From: an uncultured Planctomycetales bacterium
GTDB lineage: Bacteria; Omnitrophota; Gorgyraeia; Gygaellales; Profunditerraquicolaceae
Direction: 5' to 3'
Length of the DNA stretch: 36,801 bases
Assembly: GCA_964487475.1 (NCBI GenBank)
Contig: CAZAPM010000006.1
Location: 85,702-122,502 of the forward strand
The position numbers were made by a program, and so were the translations under genes. Shown one piece after another: positions 29,844 to 36,801 of this stretch. The notes beneath the pieces were generated by a model, which saw nothing but the letters and a program-made list of their open reading frames with translations, did no database searches and was not told where the DNA came from. Position 1 is the first letter of the stretch. Each line of letters starts with the position of its first letter.

Positions 29844-30692
29844 TTATGCGGAGTTGCGCAGGGACCTGACCAGGGCCAGGTTCTGCTGATCCGCATCCTC
29901 GCTGTCTTTGGGGGTTTCCAGTATAAAGGGGATATCGCGCAGCGCCGGGTGGTTGATGATCCCGGCGATCCCCGCTTCCCCGATCGAACCTTTGCCGATA
30001 TGGGCGTGCCGGTCGAGATGGGAGCCTAACCGCCCCTGCGCATCGTTCAAATGCACCAGCTTCACCCGCTGCACGCCGACGTTCTTCTCGATCTCTCCCA
30101 GCATCCGCTCGAGCCCCTCCCGGGTGGCCAGATCGAAACCCGCCAGGTACGCATGCGCGGTATCCACGCACACCCCGACCCGGGAAACATCCTTGAGATC
30201 GGCCAGGACCTTGCGGTGATGGCTGAAGGTGTACCCCAGCCACGAACCGGAACCGGCGGTATTCTCCAGCAATATCCCCACCGGGCTTTTCGCGGTCTTC
30301 TCGATGATCTTATTGATCGCCCTGGCCAGACGCTTGAGCCCGCCCTTTTCCGTCGTATCCTTATGGCTGCCCATGTGGGTGACGATATATTCCGCGCCCA
30401 TGGCCTCGGCCTCCTGAACATCCTCGATATACGCTTCGATCGAGGCCCGGTACAGCCGCGGATTGGGGGACGCCAGATTGATCAGATACGGGACATGGAT
30501 GAACACCGGGGAGATCCCCGTGTCCTCCCGGTGCCGGGAAAATTCCTTGAGGTCGGCGATCTCCGCGGGCTTTTCGCGCCAGCGCTGCGGGCTGCGGGAA
30601 AAAACCTGCATGGTGTTGCATCCTAACGCCACTGCCCGGTCCAGGGAACGCGGAAGCGACCCCTGCGCGGAAACATGCACGCCTAATAACAT
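29844..30692 (-). CDS. nfo: Endonuclease IV (AP endonuclease)
   Basis: HVPYLINLAS, LENTAG, DTAH, HLND, DRH and ILETP motifs. Confidence 0.95.
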   Translation of the reverse strand: MLLGVHVSAQGSLPRSLDRAVALGCNTMQVFSRSPQRWREKPAEIADLKEFSRHREDTGISPVFIHVPYLINLASPNPRLYRASIEAYIEDVQEAEAMGAEYIVTHMGSHKDTTEKGGLKRLARAINKIIEKTAKSPVGILLENTAGSGSWLGYTFSHHRKVLADLKDVSRVGVCVDTAHAYLAGFDLATREGLERMLGEIEKNVGVQRVKLVHLNDAQGRLGSHLDRHAHIGKGSIGEAGIAGIINHPALRDIPFILETPKDSEDADQQNLALVRSLRNSA

Positions 30693-30700
30693 AATAGGTG

Positions 30701-30729
30701 ATTATACTTCAGTTGGTAGCCAGCGTCAA
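30701..30729 (-). promoter_or_regulatory. Near-consensus promoter for nfo-response regulator-leuS
   Basis: TTGACG-17-TATAAT, 8 nt before ATG. Confidence 0.75.
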
Positions 30730-32240
30730 GGACGCCGGAACAGCCGGCGCAGGGTAACGGAGATCACGTTATGGATATCCGGAAGGTAGATCCAGAACAT
30801 CAGGAAGAAGAACCGCGCCTCCTCCCAGGTGCGGAGCTTCGGGAACATGCGCCAGGGGTTGAAAAAGGAGGGCAGCCTCCGCTGGAGGAAGCGCCAGTTG
30901 AGCGCATGCTTGGCCGTAGAAAGCTGCTCCCTGGTAAAATGGGGGGTGGCTACCGTCGCTTCGCCGATATCCCCGATCCACTGCTCGTCCAAAGGCTCCG
31001 GCAGATCCTTCAACAACCCTTCCCGCTTGTAGATATCGAAAAGCTCGCTGCCCGGATACGGGGTAGCGGTGTAGAAGGTCGCCTTATCCAGCCCGCTGTC
31101 CAGGGCGAATTCGAGGGAAAGCCGGAAATCCTCCTCCGTTTCATGGGGGAACCCGATCAGAAAAGGGCTCATGGTCCACATCCCCAGCCGGTTGCAGTAC
31201 CTGATGATCTCCTTGGCATGGACGGGGTCCATGAAATCCTTGTGCATGAACTTGAGGGTCCGGGGAGAACCGGATTCCAGGCCGAAGACGATCTTGTAAC
31301 AGCCGGCGCGGCGCATCTTGCGCACGGTCTCCTTATCCAGGGTCCAGATCGCCACCCCGTTGGGAGTGCTCCAGCGGATATCCAGCTTCCTGCGGATGAT
31401 CTCGTCGCAGATCCCGTGGATGAACTCCCGGTTGAAGGTAAGGTTGTCGTCGTAAAAAGCCAGCTCGCGCATCCCGTACCGGCGGTACAGCTCCTCGATC
31501 TCGTCCCCGACGCGCGCGGGCGAACGCATCCGGTAGGTGTGCTTCCAGAGGCAGTGGATGGTGCAATACACGCACCGGTAGGGGCAGCCCCGGGATGCCA
31601 CGATGCTCATGCGGGGATTGCGCATGTTGCGCGCGGTCAGGTACCGCTCCTGCTGATAGGGCGACATATCCAGCATATCCCGGGCGGGAAAAGGCAGCGA
31701 ATCCAGCGGAGAGATGAACGGACGGGGAGGATTGACGCGCACCGACCCCTCCTCCTTGACCACGGTGCCGGGGATATCCTGCAGCGGCTGCCCGGCCGCG
31801 CGCCGGCGCACGATCTCCAACAGGGTCTCCTCCCCTTCCCCCTGCACCACGATATCGATGTAAGGGCTGCGGATCGTGCCTTCATAGGAAACCGCGCCGG
31901 CGCCTCCGCAGACCACCAGGATACCGGAAGAGACCTCCTTGACCATCCGCGCCGCCTCATACACCCCCCGCGAGTACTGGGTGTACATGTAGCTTATGCC
32001 TACGATATCGGGGGCGTACTCGCGCACCCGCTCCCGCAGCTCGGCGAAGGGGATGCCGTTACCCTGAAAATCACCGTCGGAAAAATCGCTGCCGTTGACG
32101 AACCCGTCGATCACGGAGACCTCGAAGGAATGCTGGCGCAGCCAGGCCGCAAGGTACAGCAGGCCCAGGGGCTCGGATTTCAGCTGGCCGGGCAGCCTGC
32201 GGTAACTCACCGCCGGGGGACGCAGCAAAAGGACCTTCAT
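30726..32240 (-). CDS. Cobalamin-binding radical SAM protein
   Basis: PLGLLYLAA, GEGE, SRGCPYRCVYC, DDN and GLESGS motifs; ATGA overlap with the GT2 gene. Confidence 0.9.
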   Translation of the reverse strand: MKVLLLRPPAVSYRRLPGQLKSEPLGLLYLAAWLRQHSFEVSVIDGFVNGSDFSDGDFQGNGIPFAELRERVREYAPDIVGISYMYTQYSRGVYEAARMVKEVSSGILVVCGGAGAVSYEGTIRSPYIDIVVQGEGEETLLEIVRRRAAGQPLQDIPGTVVKEEGSVRVNPPRPFISPLDSLPFPARDMLDMSPYQQERYLTARNMRNPRMSIVASRGCPYRCVYCTIHCLWKHTYRMRSPARVGDEIEELYRRYGMRELAFYDDNLTFNREFIHGICDEIIRRKLDIRWSTPNGVAIWTLDKETVRKMRRAGCYKIVFGLESGSPRTLKFMHKDFMDPVHAKEIIRYCNRLGMWTMSPFLIGFPHETEEDFRLSLEFALDSGLDKATFYTATPYPGSELFDIYKREGLLKDLPEPLDEQWIGDIGEATVATPHFTREQLSTAKHALNWRFLQRRLPSFFNPWRMFPKLRTWEEARFFFLMFWIYLPDIHNVISVTLRRLFRRP

Positions 32241-32962
32241 GCCGCACCCTGCCGAGAAGAAGCCTGCCAAAGCCTGACCCGCAGGATAAGCAGCTGCCAG
32301 GCTCCGCGCAGGCAAAACGCGATCAGGCGCCAGCGCACCAGCCATATCGCACCGGTGACCCGGGGCAGATGCGTCACCGGCACCGTGCGCATGCGCACCT
32401 TCCGCGCTCCGGCAGCCAGGGAAAGCATCAGGTTGGGGGCGCCCGCAGAGGAAGGGATCAGCCGCAACAACTCCTGCAGCACGCTGCGCTTGATCAGCCG
32501 GAAAGGGCAGTTGGCGTCCGGACACCACACTCCGAAAAGCAAAGTATCCGCGACCGCGATCACCCGGGAAAGCGCCTGCCTCTGCCAGGAATCCCTCCGG
32601 GGCGTACGCACCCCGCGGATGAAATCATACTCCTGCCGGAGGGCGTATATTTTAAGAAAATCCTCCGCGACGAACTGGCCGTCGCTGTCCACCTGGAACA
32701 CGTACTCCTTGGAGGAAGCGGCAAACCCGCGCAGGATGGAAGCCCCGTGCCCCTGCTGCGTATCGTTGCGCAATACCCGCATCCGGCCGTACTTCTGCGC
32801 CAGGCCCTGCAACAGCGCCGGAGAGGCATCCCGGCTGCAGTCATCCACCACGATCAATTCGAAATCCCGGACTGCGCGGGAGACCACCTCGTAGAACTCC
32901 TCCACCACGCGCACGATCGTCTTTTCCTCGTTGAAGCAGGGCATGACTACGGAAACCGACAT
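32237..32962 (-). CDS. GT2 glycosyltransferase (polyprenyl-phosphate/DPM1-like)
   Basis: VVMPCFNE, VDDCSRD, GHG and DSDGQ motifs. Confidence 0.9.
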   Translation of the reverse strand: MSVSVVMPCFNEEKTIVRVVEEFYEVVSRAVRDFELIVVDDCSRDASPALLQGLAQKYGRMRVLRNDTQQGHGASILRGFAASSKEYVFQVDSDGQFVAEDFLKIYALRQEYDFIRGVRTPRRDSWQRQALSRVIAVADTLLFGVWCPDANCPFRLIKRSVLQELLRLIPSSAGAPNLMLSLAAGARKVRMRTVPVTHLPRVTGAIWLVRWRLIAFCLRGAWQLLILRVRLWQASSRQGAA

Positions 32963-32963
32963 A

Positions 32964-33887
32964 TCACTCTTTCCTGGCGATGACCAGCATCTGGCCGACA
33001 TACATCCATAACGGTATAAAGAAAAGCGCCCGGAACCCCCGGGTCTTTTCGATCCTCCTGCCGAAAGGCAAAAGACGGATCAGCCTCTCCAGGGCGTATC
33101 CCGCCGGAAGGCACTTCCAGTGCCGCCGGACGCGGACCACCTCGAACCCGCACTGCGAAAGCATCCTCCGGATGGTGGCCGGAGAAAAATAAAAAAGGTG
33201 CATCGCCTCGATGAACCAGTAGCTGCGGCGGGTAAGCCAATGGTACGCGGAGTCGATGTTGGGCGTAGTGATCGCCAGCACGCCTCCGGGCTTCAGCACT
33301 TCGTACGCTTTCTTGACCGCCGCTGACGGGGAAGCCATATGCTCCAGGGAGTCGAACATCGCCACCAGATCGAAACACCCCTCCCGGCATGCGAAATCCT
33401 CGAAATATCCCTGGGTCACCGGCAGCCCCTGCGCGTTCGCCGCCGCAGCCGCCCACTCCGACGGCTCTATGCCCCGGCACTCATATTCGGGCCGGGAGAC
33501 CAGTACCTGCAGCAAGGGGCCGGTGGCACACCCTACATCCAGGACCCTGGCCGGGCGCCGGTCCGGCGCCAGGAAACGCGCAGCCTTGCGAAACGCCGCA
33601 TACAGTTCTTTGGACCTGGTCCGCTGGCCCTGAAGGTAGCCGTCATCCACGGTCCGGGCATAGTATGCACAATACCCGGATGCCGCGGGAGAGAACACCA
33701 GTCCGCACCCCTTACAGCGCAGCACTTCGGTCTTGATCATACGGGAGCCCGTCACCGTGAAATCCTCCGGACGTATGGTTATCCCCTCGTCCGCCGGATA
33801 TACCACGGAATGTTCCGTGCCCGCGCACAATTCGCAGGGCCGGGAATACTCCGCGTTGACCGAAGCGCTCCTTTTGGACATCCTCAT
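32964..33887 (-). CDS. Class I SAM-dependent methyltransferase with an N-terminal CxxC..CxxC motif
   Basis: CELC..CKGC, LDVGCATG, LEH, LKPGG and TPN motifs. Confidence 0.88.
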   Translation of the reverse strand: MRMSKRSASVNAEYSRPCELCAGTEHSVVYPADEGITIRPEDFTVTGSRMIKTEVLRCKGCGLVFSPAASGYCAYYARTVDDGYLQGQRTRSKELYAAFRKAARFLAPDRRPARVLDVGCATGPLLQVLVSRPEYECRGIEPSEWAAAAANAQGLPVTQGYFEDFACREGCFDLVAMFDSLEHMASPSAAVKKAYEVLKPGGVLAITTPNIDSAYHWLTRRSYWFIEAMHLFYFSPATIRRMLSQCGFEVVRVRRHWKCLPAGYALERLIRLLPFGRRIEKTRGFRALFFIPLWMYVGQMLVIARKE

Positions 33888-35335
33888 GTTCCTCCCAGCC
33901 ATTGCGCGATCCGGCGCTCCGCCGGGAACTGATAGATGTTATGCCGGTAGCGTAACCGCGCCGTCGGACGGTAACAGGCAGCCGCGAGGCGCGCGAAGGA
34001 GTTATTCAGCTTATAGGATAAGGACGCGCCGAGAAAAGGGCTGACGAAGCAATAATTGTCGATCATGCGGGCTTGCCGGGAAGTAAGCCAGGGGTAGCGC
34101 CAGTACGCCATCCGGTCGCTGCCGCACTCCGCCCACTGCTCCAGGGATCCCGGCTCCCGGTACCCGTGCTGCAAGGCCAGGCGGAACAATTCCGTGCCGG
34201 GGTTGACCTGGTACGGGGTGAAAAGCAGCATCGCCCGGGGATTCTCCTCCAGCAGCTTCCAGGCGAACTCGACGGTCTTACGCATCTCACCCTCGGTCTC
34301 CGTGGGAGCTCCCAGCAAGAAAGTGTACTTGACGTGCCGCATGTATTTTGCCAGCCGCAGGTTGGTCTCCCGCACCTCATCCAGCCGGATATCCTTGCTC
34401 AAAAGCGAAAGCATGCGCGCATCCCCGGACTCGACCCCGATATCCACGCTGCGGCATCCTGCCCTGGCCGCATCCTGCAAGAGTGAATCCGGCATACGGC
34501 GCAGCGTATCCACGCGCGCGCCCAAAAGGCCCCAGGCCACCTTATACTGCGCGCGCAAGAGCCCCTGCACAATGGCCTCGAACCTTTTGGGGTCCGCGCA
34601 GAAATTATCGTCCTCGAAGAAAAGGCTCTCCGCCCCTAAGTCCCGGACCGCATGCCCGATCATCTCCAGTACCCGCGCGGCGGACATCCCTCTCCAGGTG
34701 TTGCGGTTGAACACCGTATTATAACAGAAGGTGCAGCGGAAAGGGCACCCGCGCGAGGTCATCAAGGTAAGGCTGCGGCCTTTTTTTAACGCAATCCCGT
34801 AATACTTATCCATATCGACCAGGTGATACGGAAGCGGAAGCAGGGTATCGAGGTCCGCGATCAATTCCCGGTCGGGAGTATGCCTGATCCCCTGTTCCTT
34901 ATACGAGATCCCCGGCACTCCCGATACCGGATCACCCCGATATAAAGCTTCCGCCAATTCCAGAAGCGCGATATCCCCCTCTCCCCGCACGATATAATCT
35001 ATCGATCCCTCCCGGAGAGTCTGCTCCGGAAGGAACGTCGCATGCACTCCTCCCCACACCACCGGAACTCGGCCCGCGGTTTTTACCAGCCGGCTGGCCT
35101 CCAGGGCGGAATTGATCTGCGGCCCGGTCATGGAGGTGATGCCGCAAAGCACCGCGCCATCCAGCGCCTCCCGCAGGGAATGCTTCCACCCGCGATCGGT
35201 GCGCTGATCGATGATGCGCACCTCATAGCCGTGGCGGCAGGGTAATGCGGCCACTGCCAGCAATGAATCCGGGGGACGGATACCGGCAGCGTCCCATCCT
35301 CCGCTGCGGGGCTGGAAAAGCACTGTCTTTTTCAA
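33884..35335 (-). CDS. Cobalamin-binding radical SAM protein
   Basis: WGGVHAT, GEG, SRGCPFRCTFC, DDNF and GVESG motifs; TTG start overlapping the upstream TGA. Confidence 0.9.
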   Translation of the reverse strand: MKKTVLFQPRSGGWDAAGIRPPDSLLAVAALPCRHGYEVRIIDQRTDRGWKHSLREALDGAVLCGITSMTGPQINSALEASRLVKTAGRVPVVWGGVHATFLPEQTLREGSIDYIVRGEGDIALLELAEALYRGDPVSGVPGISYKEQGIRHTPDRELIADLDTLLPLPYHLVDMDKYYGIALKKGRSLTLMTSRGCPFRCTFCYNTVFNRNTWRGMSAARVLEMIGHAVRDLGAESLFFEDDNFCADPKRFEAIVQGLLRAQYKVAWGLLGARVDTLRRMPDSLLQDAARAGCRSVDIGVESGDARMLSLLSKDIRLDEVRETNLRLAKYMRHVKYTFLLGAPTETEGEMRKTVEFAWKLLEENPRAMLLFTPYQVNPGTELFRLALQHGYREPGSLEQWAECGSDRMAYWRYPWLTSRQARMIDNYCFVSPFLGASLSYKLNNSFARLAAACYRPTARLRYRHNIYQFPAERRIAQWLGGT

Positions 35336-36687
35336 AACGCGGCCTCCTCCAGCACGGTTTCCCGGCTCCCGCGCACCAGCCTATCGGCGACCTCTTTACC
35401 CTGCATCACCGCATGGTCGGTGTTGCCAAGCTCATATTGCCAGGTGCCGAATCTCCCCCGGGAATAGATGCCGCGAGACTCGAGCCAGGGACGGATACAT
35501 TGCAGCGCGGCATTACGATGCAGGGTGGGGCGGGGATAGGCATAAGGCGCATCATACACCGCGGTAGAGACGATCTTTCCGGCATCTTCCCGGGAGATCA
35601 CTCCTCCTGCGATCAGTCCTTCGATGGTACGGCGGACGATGGTCGCGGGACGCTCTCTCCGGTATTCGGAGTAGGAGGTCTCGCAAAGCAGGGAATACTG
35701 CCGCGAAGGATGGGGCACATTATGCCCGGAGTAATTGGAAAGGTACGTGACCCGGAAAAAGGGAAGTATGGGATCGGGGAAATACATCCAGCACGTCTTT
35801 TCCGGAGCGCGGCCGGCGATCCCGATACCTACGACCAGCACCCCGCTGTGCCGAAGCTCACCCGCCGCTTTGCGCACAGGGGAAGGACAACTGCGGAGGC
35901 TGCGCACCAGAAGATCCAGGGGCATGGTGGAAACGAGGGAATCGTACCCGGTACTGGTCCTGTCTTTGAAAAATATCCTGTGCGCATCCGCATCTATGCG
36001 CACGGCCTCTTTGCGAAAACGAACGCGGGGCCCAAGGCCTGCGGCGAGCGCGCGGATCCATCCGCCCGAGCCTCCCCGTCCGGGATAGCGGAACAGGGCG
36101 TTTCCGCCCCAGGCTTTGGGAGATCGCCCCTGCGCATCCGCTCCCTTCCCGCGCGCCGGGCTTACCCTCTCCCCCACCCAGAACGCGCCCATCGTCGAAG
36201 GGTCGCACGCCCACACCTTTTCGTTGTAAGGGAGCATGAAATGCCTGGCCAGGCCGCGGCCCATGGTGCGCACCACCCAGGTGCGAAAATCCTCACCGGG
36301 CATGGCTGCGCCTGGGGAGGCGGCATCCAGGCCGCGGATACACTCCTGAGATATTTTTTGGGGAAGAAGGGAAAGGTTTCGCTGGAGAGGATACGGCACC
36401 CAGGTGCCGGCGATACGCACCAGGCTGTGGCGCCGGTGCTTCAACACTCCTTCGGGAAGGCCCTCCTGCAGGAGCTTAAGGAAATACCGGTGTCGCGAAA
36501 AAAACACGTGTCCGCCCAGGTCCCAGGTAAAGCCCCGGGGATCCTGAAAACTCGCGCACAGGCCGCCGGCGTACTTCTGGCGTTCGAACACCCGGAACCC
36601 GCGGCACCCTGATTCCCGCAGCCGGTGCGCCGCGGCGATCCCTGTCGGCCCTGCGCCTATTATCGCGATGCCGGAACTTTTGGCCAC
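35332..36687 (-). CDS. FAD-dependent oxidoreductase similar to eukaryote-type UDP-galactopyranose mutase
   Basis: GAGPTG, GFTWDLGGHVFFS, PYNEKVW, WVGERV, FRYP..GG and RGRFGTWQYELGNTDH; AAGGAG RBS with a GTG start. Confidence 0.78.
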   Translation of the reverse strand: MAKSSGIAIIGAGPTGIAAAHRLRESGCRGFRVFERQKYAGGLCASFQDPRGFTWDLGGHVFFSRHRYFLKLLQEGLPEGVLKHRRHSLVRIAGTWVPYPLQRNLSLLPQKISQECIRGLDAASPGAAMPGEDFRTWVVRTMGRGLARHFMLPYNEKVWACDPSTMGAFWVGERVSPARGKGADAQGRSPKAWGGNALFRYPGRGGSGGWIRALAAGLGPRVRFRKEAVRIDADAHRIFFKDRTSTGYDSLVSTMPLDLLVRSLRSCPSPVRKAAGELRHSGVLVVGIGIAGRAPEKTCWMYFPDPILPFFRVTYLSNYSGHNVPHPSRQYSLLCETSYSEYRRERPATIVRRTIEGLIAGGVISREDAGKIVSTAVYDAPYAYPRPTLHRNAALQCIRPWLESRGIYSRGRFGTWQYELGNTDHAVMQGKEVADRLVRGSRETVLEEAAF

Positions 36688-36725
36688 GTTGCTCCTTCAG
36701 GCAGGACGGATACGGCAGGTAATAA

Positions 36726-36801
36726 TGGTGGAGCTGAGGAGGATCGAACTCCTGACCCCTTGCATGCCATGCAAGTGCTCTCCCAGCTGAGCTACAGCCC
36801 C
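36726..36801 (-). tRNA. tRNA-Ala(GGC)
   Basis: Reverse complement GGGGCTGTAGCTCAGCTGGGAGAGCACTTGCATGGCATGCAAGGGGTCAGGAGTTCGATCCTCCTCAGCTCCACCA; 76 nt, G3-U70 pair, encoded CCA. Confidence 0.97.

Noticed and set aside
30707..30725. Possible att-site duplication of the tRNA-Ala 3' end at the far side of the operon (TTGGTAGC versus TGGTGGAGC)
   Set aside because: The match is too short and imperfect to mean anything.
32241..32528. Extended N-termini in the track for the radical SAM protein (also holA to 23482 and the response regulator to 29896)
   Set aside because: They overlap upstream genes, and the family motifs begin at downstream ATGs.

Overview
Gene-dense, GC-rich chromosomal segment of a diderm bacterium (Lnt, BamD, LptE and LpxL-type genes). 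The protein set resembles Omnitrophota or another PVC-related lineage, but that is only an inference. Almost all genes are on the minus strand. From 1 to 30.7 kb the window holds housekeeping and envelope genes: ispH (partial), a crtI-family desaturase, a CsgG-family lipoprotein, bioY, lnt, secA, prfB with its programmed +1 frameshift, a pilT/pilU-like ATPase, an ogt-like gene, a short uvrC, murJ, rpsT, holA, lptE, bamD, comEC/comEA, leuS and nfo. From 30.7 to 36.7 kb a five-gene glycan-modification operon sits directly downstream of tRNA-Ala(GGC). Main observations: (1) an unannotated 26-aa basic ORF at 1927-2007 that resembles ribosomal protein bL37; (2) an operon combining a eukaryote-type UDP-galactopyranose mutase homolog, two cobalamin-dependent radical SAM enzymes, a methyltransferase and a GT2; (3) a PilT/PilU paralog with Walker B Glu changed to Asn, plus an exact 18-bp tandem duplication; (4) a UvrC lacking its HhH domain and coupled to a minimal alkyltransferase; (5) several promoters whose -35 box contains the upstream stop codon, and several apparently leaderless genes; (6) a BirA-like operator with an unusually long spacer and a nested palindrome upstream of bioY. 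No CRISPR array, rRNA gene, integrase or transposase was seen.
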